Part shown: in pieces, positions 46,719-55,445 of the stretch
Numbering within the stretch: the stretch's first letter is position 1
Layout: every line of letters begins with the position of its first letter
Assembly: GCA_021157895.1 (NCBI GenBank)
Contig: JAGGVQ010000006.1
Location: 80,208-144,207 of the forward strand
Source: Dehalococcoidia bacterium
GTDB lineage: Bacteria > Chloroflexota > Dehalococcoidia > GIF9 > AB-539-J10
Reading direction: 5' to 3'
DNA: 64,000 nt
The notes under the pieces: model-generated
Told to the model about the DNA's origin: nothing
What the model saw: the letters and a program-made list of their open reading frames with translations, nothing else
The model's database searches: none
Program-made: the position numbers and the translations under genes

Positions 46719-47063
46719 CTGGAAACAGAAAATCTAGTTCATGTAATTGTTGATGCTGCTTCAGAGAAGCAAGCAAGTGATATAGTGTTGCTAGATGTCC
46801 GGGGGTTATGTTTCTTTGCTGATTATTTTGTTGTTTGTAGCGGAGACACCCAGCGTCATATTGAAGCTATCTGGCAGAATATAGAGGGAGAAGTGAAGAG
46901 TAACGGAGGAATCCTTTATCATGGTGAAGGTACCCCTGATTCTGGTTGGATGCTGGGGGATTATGGCTCAATTTTAGTGCATATATTTACTCAGGAGAAG
47001 CGCGAATATTATCAGTTAGATCAACTTTGGGGTGAAGCTACACCGGTAATCAGAATTCAGTAG
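46719..47063 (+). CDS. rsfS: ribosomal silencing factor RsfS (probable CTG start)
   Basis: The conserved N-terminal helix ...LVHVIVDAASEKQASDIVLLDVRG lies upstream of the ORF-track GTG (46785). The only plausible initiator is CTG at 46719, 9 nt after GGAGG (46705-46709). Confidence 0.7.
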   Translation: METENLVHVIVDAASEKQASDIVLLDVRGLCFFADYFVVCSGDTQRHIEAIWQNIEGEVKSNGGILYHGEGTPDSGWMLGDYGSILVHIFTQEKREYYQLDQLWGEATPVIRIQ

Positions 47064-47077
47064 CTTGTTAGCTTCTC

Positions 47078-47524
47078 CTAGCTTATCCACTTGTCAACAT
47101 CCTTACAGTAATCGTGAATTTCATCTGCTGAGAAGAAGAGATCTATCTCCTTTACAGCATTTGCCTGTGAGTCGGAACCATGAATTAAGTTATATCCGAT
47201 ATCTATTCCAAGGTCTCCCCTGATGGTGCCAGGAAGAGCTTTTGCCGGGTCAGTGTCGCCCATTGTTTTCCTTATTATCTGTATTGCATTTTCTCCCTGT
47301 AACACAACAGCGATAATTGGGCTGGAGGTAATAAAGTTTACGAGCTCCTCAAAGAATGCTTTACCTTTATGTATGGCATAGTGTTTCTGGGCTAGCGCTA
47401 CATCCATTTGTATCATCTTCATAGCTACGAGTTTGAGTCCTCTGTTCTCCAGACGAGAGATAATCTCACCCGCCAACCCTCTTTGTATAGCATCAGGCTT
47501 TATGAGTACCAAGCTTTTGTCCAT
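47078..47524 (-). CDS. ndk: nucleoside diphosphate kinase
   Basis: SLVLIKPDAIQRGL... and the NLIHGSDS active-site context. Confidence 0.9.
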   Translation of the reverse strand: MDKSLVLIKPDAIQRGLAGEIISRLENRGLKLVAMKMIQMDVALAQKHYAIHKGKAFFEELVNFITSSPIIAVVLQGENAIQIIRKTMGDTDPAKALPGTIRGDLGIDIGYNLIHGSDSQANAVKEIDLFFSADEIHDYCKDVDKWIS

Positions 47525-47549
47525 TTTTATGAGACTCTTATAAATTTAT

Positions 47550-48629
47550 CTAGGTATACCGAATTAAAGAAATTAAATCAATCTCTTCTGGAGAGTTCAC
47601 TACCCTGCCTGCATGATTAAGTTCCTGCCGGGAGTGATGGTTTGCCACAGCCATGCAGCGCATTCCTGCAGTTTTGGCTGCTTCGACTCCAAGGGGGGAA
47701 TTTTCGATAACTATGCAGTTCTTGGGATCGGCCCCCAACTTTTTTGCAGCTGAGAGGTATATTTGTGGGTTGGGCTTGCTCTTATCTATTCCGTCACCGC
47801 TGACGATACAGTCGAAGTAATCCTGCACATTTAAGTTTTTTGAAGTGATTGAGTCAATGGTTTTCTGTGGAGATGAAGATACTAATGCCTGTTTGAAGTT
47901 CCCCTTTTTAATTATGCTTAGCAGGCCGACAATGCCAGGAGAGAGCTGTACATTTCCTGTAATTTTTTGGCGTAAGTTAGCTTCTTTCTCTTCTGCTATC
48001 GACATGATATCTTTTTCACTCAGATTGTCAGGGGAAACCTTACGCAGGATAAAATCATCTCTGGTGCCCAGAAGGGGCATGAGATTTTCCTTGGTGAATG
48101 CCATTTTTCTGTGTTTTAAGGTTTCCTGCCAAGCAGCAAGATGGAAGGGAATGGCATTGTTTATAATAGTATCCAAATCCCACAGAAAGGCGGATCTTGC
48201 CTGTCGAAAAACGTAGAATTGCGATGAAAGCTCGGCTATTACCGTGCCATCCTTAAGGGCAAGCATTCCTTTAGTTTCAACCAGCCTTTTTGTCAGTTTG
48301 GTTACCCATGCAGTGATTTGAATTAATTCCCCAGTAGGAGCCACATGTCTAAATTTCACCTGGCTTTTGGTGGTAACGCCAAAGTCGATTCCGCAGCAGA
48401 GAATGGTATAAGCAGTTATCTCGTCGAGGAGAGAATACAAAATTCCACCATGAGTGACGTTTTTCCATCCCTGGTGCACTTTCTGCGGGGTGAACTCCGC
48501 CTTAACTTTTTCGCCATCATAGGTAGGGTGTAGTTTTAGCCCGATGGGATTATCTTCTCCACAGCCAAAACAGAAGCCGAAGTCTGATGAATTGTCAACT
48601 TCTAATTTTGGTAGCATCATTTCTCTCAA
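47550..48629 (-). CDS. fusion protein: PaaI/4HBT-type hotdog thioesterase (N-terminal) + HAD-IA hydrolase (C-terminal)
   Basis: N-terminal half has FGCGEDNPIGLKL...THGGILYSLLDE. C-terminal half has WDLDTII (motif I), VSSS, KSKPNP and VIENSPLG. Confidence 0.7.
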   Translation of the reverse strand: MREMMLPKLEVDNSSDFGFCFGCGEDNPIGLKLHPTYDGEKVKAEFTPQKVHQGWKNVTHGGILYSLLDEITAYTILCCGIDFGVTTKSQVKFRHVAPTGELIQITAWVTKLTKRLVETKGMLALKDGTVIAELSSQFYVFRQARSAFLWDLDTIINNAIPFHLAAWQETLKHRKMAFTKENLMPLLGTRDDFILRKVSPDNLSEKDIMSIAEEKEANLRQKITGNVQLSPGIVGLLSIIKKGNFKQALVSSSPQKTIDSITSKNLNVQDYFDCIVSGDGIDKSKPNPQIYLSAAKKLGADPKNCIVIENSPLGVEAAKTAGMRCMAVANHHSRQELNHAGRVVNSPEEIDLISLIRYT

Positions 48630-49309
48630 CTTGCTCCTCTAGGCTTGGTTATGTGTGGGGGGCGCAAGTATATGGGCTGCAGGGTACTCAGATTATCATG
48701 TTTACCCATATTTAGCTTTTGCCAACCCAGCATCACAAGAGAGTTAATGTGATGTGATCTCATAAAGCGTGGTGGTATTATAGCACGTGTTCCTAGGTGT
48801 TTTTGTAGCTTACTTTCTGTTTCCGATGACATTTGTCCACAGAAGATTGTTTCCTCGAGGGTTTGTTGGCACAGGAGTTCTATTGTGGTCAAGTGTTCTG
48901 CTCTCAGATGCTGCCAGCTATTATCTCTTTGTTGATATAGGGCACTGGCAATTTTCTCTTGGCCTGCTTGATGGATGGGGCATATCAGTAGTGATGTGTA
49001 GGCAAAGGGGTAGGCGTCGCTCTCCAGGGTGCTTATGCCAAGCAGGGGAATGTTAAGCAATAAAGCTATGCCTTTGGCGAAGCTTATTCCTACTCGCAGT
49101 CCATTGAAACTGCCGGGCCCCATAGCTACGAATACTGCCTCTATGGAGTCTAGCTTTATTTTTGCCTGGGCGAGCTGTTGGATGAGGTTTGGCGCCAAGT
49201 CTACTGTATGGTTTTGGCCCGAATACCAAGTTCGCTCAGAAATAATTTTTCCTTGCTGTGACAGGGCAATGCCGGTGAGGTCGTATGAAGTATCAATGGC
49301 TAATTCCAT
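48626..49309 (-). CDS. tsaB: tRNA t6A37 biosynthesis protein TsaB
   Basis: ELAIDTSYDLTGIALS... and GPGSFNGLRVGISFAKG. Confidence 0.85.
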   Translation of the reverse strand: MELAIDTSYDLTGIALSQQGKIISERTWYSGQNHTVDLAPNLIQQLAQAKIKLDSIEAVFVAMGPGSFNGLRVGISFAKGIALLLNIPLLGISTLESDAYPFAYTSLLICPIHQAGQEKIASALYQQRDNSWQHLRAEHLTTIELLCQQTLEETIFCGQMSSETESKLQKHLGTRAIIPPRFMRSHHINSLVMLGWQKLNMGKHDNLSTLQPIYLRPPHITKPRGAS

Positions 49310-49809
49310 GAGTTTTCCTTGCTCAATATAGCCTTGAGCTGTGTTACTAGTTCGTCATAGCGCTTCCCCTTAGACATAACGTAGGCGGTACGTTCTGTAT
49401 CGATATCAGGATTATAGCTTAGCTGAATTAATAAGCGCTGTTCAGGAAGTATATTAAGGCCCTTGTCGGCCCACTCGATGGCGCAGATACCATTGGTATA
49501 TGGTTCTTCGTCCAGCCCCAGATCAGCAATTTCCTCAACATCATCTAATCGGTAAAGGTCGATGTGATATAGAGGGAGCCTGCCGTGGTATTCTCTGATG
49601 ATGATGAAGGTGGGGCTGAAAGCGTATTGCTTGATACCCAGCCCCTGTACTATGCCTTGGACCAGACATGTTTTGCCTGTTCCAAGCTCACCCACGAGGA
49701 GAAAGACATCGCCTTGGATTGCCAGTTCCCCCAAATGCATTCCCAAAAGCTGGGTTTGCTCCGGGCTCCGAAGCTTTAACCTTAGAGATTTCATTGTGAC
49801 AGAGTTCAC
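49300..49809 (-). CDS. tsaE: tRNA t6A37 biosynthesis ATPase TsaE
   Basis: GELGTGKTCLVQG, PTFIII and LYHIDLYRL. Confidence 0.85.
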   Translation of the reverse strand: MNSVTMKSLRLKLRSPEQTQLLGMHLGELAIQGDVFLLVGELGTGKTCLVQGIVQGLGIKQYAFSPTFIIIREYHGRLPLYHIDLYRLDDVEEIADLGLDEEPYTNGICAIEWADKGLNILPEQRLLIQLSYNPDIDTERTAYVMSKGKRYDELVTQLKAILSKENSWN

Positions 49810-50810
49810 TGTCTAAAATGTTCCCACCCTGCTATTTCATACGGAATCGTGTCGCCGTTACTGTCTATCAAGCTTACCTTGCCTGAGAGGTTTTTCTCCC
49901 TTATGTCACCAATGACTGTTACCGGGCAATCTAGAAGCTGTTTTATGTGATGTATGAGGTCTTTGCCTCCTGTGAACAACAATTCGTAGTCTTCCCCGCC
50001 ATGCAAAGCAAACCTTTCATAGTTGGGGAAATTTTCTCTTACTATAGGGTGAACAGGCACCTGGTCTATTTTTACTGTAGCATTAACTCCACTGGCCTCG
50101 CATATATGTTCAAGGTCAGAGATGAGTCCATCGCTGATATCGATAGCGCAGCGGATTCCATGCTGGAGTAAAGTTTGTCCTTCTTGAATTCGGGGAATGG
50201 GGTTGAAATGCCCCCTTCTCAAGTTGCTGCTTGTTTCATCATCTAAGTTAATCTTGTTTTTGAGTGCTTCCAATCCCGCTGATGATAATCCTAAGTGTCC
50301 TGTCACGGCTATTTGTTCCCCTGGTGAGGCTGCTGAACGCAGGAGTATCGATTTAAGGTTGGAATAACCGAAGACAGTTGTAGTGATGAGGATATTGGGG
50401 GCAGCAACAATATCACCACCGCATATGATGGTGTGAAATTGGTTAGCCACCTGAGTTATGCTAGTGTAGAACTGGTAGATATTATCAACCTCGATATGAG
50501 GGGGTAGGGCTAGTGAGACCAAGGCATATTCGGGCAATCCTCCCATGGCAGCTATGTCGCTTAAGCTTACCGCCAATGATTTCCAGCCCAACTCTTCCCA
50601 AGAGATGACATCTAAATCAAAGTGGACATTCTCGACCAGGCTATCTGTAGTGACTAGCTGGATGTTGCTGTCATTCTGCCAAGCGCTGGCATCATCCCCA
50701 ATGCCAACTAGTAGTTTTTGCCATGGGTGAGATTGAGGTCTTTTCGCCTTATTGGTAACTTCACGAATGAGGTTGATCAGGCCTAGTTCTCCCAATTCGT
50801 ATAGCTTCAT
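49806..50810 (-). CDS. thiL: thiamine-monophosphate kinase
   Basis: MKLYELGELGLINLI start and GIGDDASAW. The longer ORF start at 50915 would overlap the divergent gene. Confidence 0.8.
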   Translation of the reverse strand: MKLYELGELGLINLIREVTNKAKRPQSHPWQKLLVGIGDDASAWQNDSNIQLVTTDSLVENVHFDLDVISWEELGWKSLAVSLSDIAAMGGLPEYALVSLALPPHIEVDNIYQFYTSITQVANQFHTIICGGDIVAAPNILITTTVFGYSNLKSILLRSAASPGEQIAVTGHLGLSSAGLEALKNKINLDDETSSNLRRGHFNPIPRIQEGQTLLQHGIRCAIDISDGLISDLEHICEASGVNATVKIDQVPVHPIVRENFPNYERFALHGGEDYELLFTGGKDLIHHIKQLLDCPVTVIGDIREKNLSGKVSLIDSNGDTIPYEIAGWEHFRQ

Positions 50811-50885
50811 TCTGAGGATTGTAGCATTGCCTTGTTTGGGCTTCAACTTCAATAATGGAAGCAGTAAATGGTATAGTTCACAGCC

Positions 50886-51620
50886 ATGCGCTATGTTGTT
50901 ATTAGTGATATTCACGCTAATCTGGCTGCGTTCAAGGCGGTATTACGGGATGCTGAACTCAGGGGAGGATTTGATGAAATATGGTGTATGGGGGATGTAG
51001 TTGGCTATGGGCCTGAGCCTCATGAGTGTATCGAACTCCTGAAGCAGCATCGCCACATTTGTGTTGCTGGCAATCATGATTGGGCTGCTGTTAGGAAGAT
51101 CGATATCTCTGATTTTCACACTGATGCTGCTCAGGTATGTTGGTGGACAATGCAACATATAACTGAAGATGATGCCTGGTATTTACAGAACCTACCTATT
51201 GAGTTGAGGCGGGGCGACTTTACCATGGTTCATGGTAGCCCTCGTTGGCCTATCTGGGAATATGTACTGTCCGTGGATGAAGCGTGTGCCAGTTTTGGGA
51301 GGATGGATACCTGCTTTTGTTTTGTGGGGCATTCTCATGTTCCATTGTTTTTTGGGCAGGATGATACTGGTGACTGCTGGATGCAAAGGGCTCCTAGTGA
51401 AATAACATTGCCTGCTGGGCATCAGCGCTTGATCATTAATCCTGGGGGAGTGGGACAGCCACGCGACGGTGATCCTAGGAGCAGTTACGTTATCTATGAT
51501 GATGACGCTCGTCAGATATCTTACTACCGCGTTGATTATGATATAGTTATCACCCAGAGAAAGATGAGGGAGTATAATTTCCCATCATCATTGATTCTCC
51601 GCTTAAATTATGGATATTAG
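50886..51620 (+). CDS. metallophosphoesterase (YfcE/MJ0936-like)
   Basis: ISDIHAN, GDVVGYGP, GNHD and GHSH motifs. Confidence 0.75.
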   Translation: MRYVVISDIHANLAAFKAVLRDAELRGGFDEIWCMGDVVGYGPEPHECIELLKQHRHICVAGNHDWAAVRKIDISDFHTDAAQVCWWTMQHITEDDAWYLQNLPIELRRGDFTMVHGSPRWPIWEYVLSVDEACASFGRMDTCFCFVGHSHVPLFFGQDDTGDCWMQRAPSEITLPAGHQRLIINPGGVGQPRDGDPRSSYVIYDDDARQISYYRVDYDIVITQRKMREYNFPSSLILRLNYGY

Positions 51621-51646
51621 TATGTTACAATTGAGCAACTTTTGAC

Positions 51647-51934
51647 ATGCGTAATTATGAATTGGTAATTGTTATCAGTCCGACAGAGGAAGATGAGTCG
51701 GTAACAGATCTCATAGATCAGGTGAGCAAGCTGGTTGAGGAGCGAGGTGGATCTTTAGGAGATGTGGATCGGTGGGGGAAGAGGAAACTGGCTTATCCCA
51801 TAAAGGGGTTTAGTGAAGGTAATTATATCTTAGCGCGATTTGAATCGGGGGCAGGCTTAATCAAGGAGATTAATGCCATGCTCAAAGCTTCAAGCATGGT
51901 CTTGAGGCATCTTGTGATTAAGGTGGATGGTTAG
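51647..51934 (+). CDS. rpsF: 30S ribosomal protein S6
   Basis: MRNYELVIVISP...WGKRKLAYPI. Confidence 0.9.
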   Translation: MRNYELVIVISPTEEDESVTDLIDQVSKLVEERGGSLGDVDRWGKRKLAYPIKGFSEGNYILARFESGAGLIKEINAMLKASSMVLRHLVIKVDG

Positions 51935-51938
51935 GTAA

Positions 51939-52352
51939 ATGGCAAGCTTGAACAAGGTGATGCTTATTGGCAATGTTGGGACTGATCCCGAGATGAGATT
52001 TACGCCCAACGGGAATCCAGTTACCTCGTTTCGTTTGGCTGCGAGTCGTTTTTACACAACCTCTTCGGGGGAGCGTCGGCAGGAAACTGATTGGTTTACT
52101 ATAATTACTTGGAATAAGTTAGCTGAGACGAGCAACCAATTTTTGTCCAAGGGACAGAAGGTTTATGTTGAAGGGAGGTTGCGTTTACGCAATTGGGAGG
52201 GGCGAGATGGGCAAAAGCGAGTCAGCGTTGAGGTAATAGCCAACCAGGTGCTTTTTCTGGATAAGCAGGCTGTGGCCTCTCTTCCTGAGGATGAGGGGGC
52301 TGAAGTCGATTCTGTAGCCATAGCAGAGCCTGATGATTCATTGCCAGATTAG
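51939..52352 (+). CDS. ssb: single-stranded DNA-binding protein
   Basis: LNKVMLIGNVGTDPEMRFTPNG...TDWF and an acidic C-terminal tail. Confidence 0.9.
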   Translation: MASLNKVMLIGNVGTDPEMRFTPNGNPVTSFRLAASRFYTTSSGERRQETDWFTIITWNKLAETSNQFLSKGQKVYVEGRLRLRNWEGRDGQKRVSVEVIANQVLFLDKQAVASLPEDEGAEVDSVAIAEPDDSLPD

Positions 52353-52367
52353 GTTTGAGGTGTAAAT

Positions 52368-52652
52368 GTGGTAGAGAATGGTAGTGTAGTACGAAGATCG
52401 CGGAATTCCATTCGTAGGCCAGCAATTTGCCCTTTTTGTGTTGGTAAAGCGATGATAGATTATAAGAATGTATCTGCATTGTCGCGGTATATTTCTAATA
52501 GTGGCAAGATTGGCTCACGGCAGAGGACCAAGGCTTGTGCTAAGCATCAAAGGAAACTGGCACAAGCGATAAAGCGGGCCCGTTTCCTAGCTCTGTTGCC
52601 CTATGCGCCCAGTCATGTCTGGCTAACTAAGGGGGTGGGGCTCAGCCGATAA
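52368..52652 (+). CDS. rpsR: 30S ribosomal protein S18
   Basis: CPFC...[51 protein letters not shown] start. Confidence 0.9.
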   Translation: MVENGSVVRRSRNSIRRPAICPFCVGKAMIDYKNVSALSRYISNSGKIGSRQRTKACAKHQRKLAQAIKRARFLALLPYAPSHVWLTKGVGLSR

Positions 52653-52667
52653 GCCCTTAGAATTTGA

Positions 52668-52808
52668 ATGCCTAAGCGAACGTATCAGCCAAAGAAGTTA
52701 CCCCGTAAGCGCAGTTTAGGTTTTCGAGCTCGGATGTCCACTCATGGTGGGGTAAAAGTGCTTAAGGCGAGACGTGCCAAGGGGCGATGGCAACTCGCGG
52801 TGGATTAG
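52668..52808 (+). CDS. rpmH: 50S ribosomal protein L34 (46 aa, below the ORF-track cutoff)
   Basis: Manual translation gives [46 protein letters not shown]. Confidence 0.9.
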   Translation: MPKRTYQPKKLPRKRSLGFRARMSTHGGVKVLKARRAKGRWQLAVD

Positions 52809-52822
52809 CTCCTTGTGAATTT

Positions 52823-53149
52823 ATGAAACGGCCTGGGGCCTTAACCAGAAGAGCTCAATATATTTTTGTTTACCGAAAAGGAAAAACGTATAGAGGTAGA
52901 CTCCTGATGGTAAAGGTTTTGCCGAATGGATTGAGCTTGGCGCGTTATGGTTTCTCAGTCACTAAGAAGGTGGGAAACGCTGTAGAGCGCAACCGGGTAA
53001 AGAGATTGCTCAAAGAGATAGTTAGAGAGCACTTGGATGTGGTAGGGTGGGATATTGTTTTTATTCCACACCGAGAGGTATCTACTGCTAGCTATCAGCA
53101 GCTTGATGATGCTGTAATTGAATTATTAACCCAGGCGCAGATATTATAG
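52823..53149 (+). CDS. rnpA: ribonuclease P protein component
   Basis: Position after rpmH, basic composition, and KKVGNAVERNRVKRLLKE (RNR-box). Start set at MKRPGAL. Confidence 0.8.
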   Translation: MKRPGALTRRAQYIFVYRKGKTYRGRLLMVKVLPNGLSLARYGFSVTKKVGNAVERNRVKRLLKEIVREHLDVVGWDIVFIPHREVSTASYQQLDDAVIELLTQAQIL

Positions 53150-53182
53150 GGAGGTTATGAAACAAGGGAGGTTATGAAACAA
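53149..53182 (+). repeat. perfect tandem duplication (2 x 17 bp, GGGAGGTTATGAAACAA) containing the SD and ATG of yidD
   Basis: Read directly. Copy 1 is 53149-53165 and copy 2 is 53166-53182. Confidence 0.9.
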
Positions 53183-53383
53183 CTAGCACTTGATGTGATT
53201 AAATTATACCAGAAGACCATATCGGAGGTTACCCCTCATTCCTGTCGTTTCCAGCCAACCTGTTCTCATTATGCCAGTGAAGCAATACAAAAATATGGGC
53301 TTGCCAAGGGGGGAATGTTAACTGCTGTGCGTTTGGCTCGTTGTAACCCTCTGTTTAAAGGGGGATATGATCCTGTACCATAG
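53174..53383 (+). CDS. yidD: membrane protein insertion efficiency factor YidD
   Basis: ...YQKTIS......CRFQPTCSHYASEAIQKYGLAKG...RCNP. Confidence 0.85.
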   Translation: MKQLALDVIKLYQKTISEVTPHSCRFQPTCSHYASEAIQKYGLAKGGMLTAVRLARCNPLFKGGYDPVP

Positions 53384-53406
53384 GAGTTATCTTCTGTTTA
53401 ATTGAG

Positions 53407-54594
53407 ATGAAACACGTTAAGTTATTATCCTTTGTTGTGGTTGTTGCTCTTGCTAGCTTGGTCTTGGTTTCTTGTGCACCCAGGGGATCTACCCCAACAG
53501 TTGGATGGTCTGGTCCTACCTTTGTGAACGGGATGGTTTATGTGGGCTCAACGGAAGGGAAGATACTGGCAGTCAATGTTTCGGCTCGAAGCAAAGGGCT
53601 TGATTTTCCCTCATCTGCTGATGGAGAATGGGTTTATTCCAATCCTGTCTCCTCTGGATCAGGGATGTCGTGTGCGCAGTCAACTTCTGGAGTGACAATT
53701 TATGGGACCCCTGTGGTTGTCCCAGATGAGAACCTGGTTTACATTGGTGCTTACAATGGCAAGGTATACGCTTTGGGTATGGACACTGGCGTGGAGAGGT
53801 GGGAGTATCCCAAGGGAGAGGGGAATATCGGCGCTGTTGTAGGTAGTCCCGTAGTTAGTGATGGCTCTCTCTACGTGAGCAGTTCAGATGGTAGGATTTA
53901 CAGCCTTAACCTCACTTATGGGGACAAGAAATGGCAATCGGTGGTTTTGGGGGATAAGTTGTGGTCAACGCCAGCGTTTGGCAATGGTGTTATATATGTA
54001 AGCACCTTTGATGGCTATATATATGGGCTGCCCGCGACAGGAATTTTCTCCCAGGAGGATGTGGAGGCATCATGGAGTTACCATGCGGAATCTGGTTTTG
54101 TCTCCTCTCCAGTGGTTTACAGTGGTACTGTTTTTTGTTCCTTTGGAAATAATCTTTACGCAGTGCGAGAAGGAAGTAACTCGACCGCGTGGAATTTTTC
54201 TGGTGGCAAATGGTTTTGGGCCTCTCCTCTTGTAAGAGAAGGGGTTGTATATGCGGGTTGTCTGGATAACTATATATATGCCGTTGATTCGCAAACAGGC
54301 GCTGAAATCTGGAGTTACGATACGGGTAGTCGTATTGTCTCTACACCTGTGTTTGCTGGAGATTATCTCGTCGTTGCCTCTGAGGATGGGAATCTATTTG
54401 TATTTGATTTGGCCAGTCCTTCTGGTGGAGAAAGTGTCCAGCCTGTGAAGGTAATACCAGTTACTGGGGATATTCAGTCACCTCTCTGCTTTCATGATGG
54501 TGTGATCTATCTTCGTAGCCAGGATAATTATCTACAGGCGGTAGATATTGGTGAAGGCAGGGTTGTCTGGAAATTGCCTCTGACTGGTAAATAA
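53407..54594 (+). CDS. PQQ-like beta-propeller repeat lipoprotein (BamB-like fold)
   Basis: Lipobox LVSCA. It has repeated G.vYvgs.dG.lyAld..tG...W units (for example GKVYALGMDTGVERW and NYIYAVDSQTGAEIW). Confidence 0.7.
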   Translation: MKHVKLLSFVVVVALASLVLVSCAPRGSTPTVGWSGPTFVNGMVYVGSTEGKILAVNVSARSKGLDFPSSADGEWVYSNPVSSGSGMSCAQSTSGVTIYGTPVVVPDENLVYIGAYNGKVYALGMDTGVERWEYPKGEGNIGAVVGSPVVSDGSLYVSSSDGRIYSLNLTYGDKKWQSVVLGDKLWSTPAFGNGVIYVSTFDGYIYGLPATGIFSQEDVEASWSYHAESGFVSSPVVYSGTVFCSFGNNLYAVREGSNSTAWNFSGGKWFWASPLVREGVVYAGCLDNYIYAVDSQTGAEIWSYDTGSRIVSTPVFAGDYLVVASEDGNLFVFDLASPSGGESVQPVKVIPVTGDIQSPLCFHDGVIYLRSQDNYLQAVDIGEGRVVWKLPLTGK

Positions 54595-54605
54595 GGTTTA
54601 TAAAC

Positions 54606-55445
54606 ATGGCGGAATTGTGGAATTTATTTATTCTTGACCCTATGTTGAATGGCCTGGTTGCCTTGTCCAGTATTATGCCTAGGGAGGTGGAGTTTGGTTT
54701 AGCTATTATTCTGTTAACCATAGTGGTTCGTTTGGCACTTACGCCTCTTACCTTAAAGCAACTCAGGTCTACCTTGGCTATGCAGGGGATGCAACCTAAA
54801 CTGAAGGATCTGCAAAAGAAATATGCCAGGAACCAGCAGAAGCTAAAACAGGAGACATCCAAGCTTTATGCAGAGGCTGGAGTAAACCCACTGGGCTGTA
54901 TCCTACCTATGCTAGTCCAGTTTCCTGTTTGGATTGCCTTGTATCAATCTATTATAAAAGTTGTAGCTGTCACTCCAGATGCTTTGCTGGATTTATCTCA
55001 ACATCTGTATTCCTCGCCACTTATAGCTCATGCACTGCCGGTGAATAGCCAGTTCCTCTGGATTAACCTAGGGGCGAGTGGGGATGTGTTGTTGGCTATG
55101 CTGGTTGGTGCCTCGATGTGGGTGCAGCAGAAGATGACGACAGCTCCTACTTCTGATCCTAAGCAGAAATCTACCAACGACATGATGTTGATGATGATGC
55201 CATTTATGTTTGCTGTTATGAGCCTGATGTTTCCTTCCGGGTTGCCTCTATTTTGGCTGGTTTCCAATATCATAGGTATTGCTACTCAGTACTTTGTTGT
55301 TGGTGGCTGGGGCTACCTTAGATCTTCGAGTGCGACTACACAGCGAGGAGGTAGTCATAAAATTGTTGATGTAGTTGCGAGCCCACCTCATACTAAGGCC
55401 TCTGCATCGGGGGAGGGTAGCCCGTGGTGGAAAATATGGAAATAG
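54606..55445 (+). CDS. yidC: membrane protein insertase YidC (short, Gram-positive-like form)
   Basis: AIILLTIVVRLALTPLTLKQ, NPLGCILPMLVQFPVW and GLPLFWLVSNI. Confidence 0.85.
   Translation: MAELWNLFILDPMLNGLVALSSIMPREVEFGLAIILLTIVVRLALTPLTLKQLRSTLAMQGMQPKLKDLQKKYARNQQKLKQETSKLYAEAGVNPLGCILPMLVQFPVWIALYQSIIKVVAVTPDALLDLSQHLYSSPLIAHALPVNSQFLWINLGASGDVLLAMLVGASMWVQQKMTTAPTSDPKQKSTNDMMLMMMPFMFAVMSLMFPSGLPLFWLVSNIIGIATQYFVVGGWGYLRSSSATTQRGGSHKIVDVVASPPHTKASASGEGSPWWKIWK

Noticed and set aside
47069-47080. DnaA-box-like 9-mers (TTATCCACT here, TGTGGATAG at 27616, TGTGGATTT at 4268) as a hint of oriC near the rpmH-rnpA-yidC block
   Set aside because: These are isolated single sites, mostly inside or at the edge of coding regions. 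There is no cluster, no AT-rich unwinding element and no dnaA gene in the window.
50811-50915. Longer ThiL start at 50915
   Set aside because: It would overlap the divergent metallophosphoesterase gene and adds 35 non-conserved residues. MKLYELGELGLI at 50810 is the typical ThiL start.
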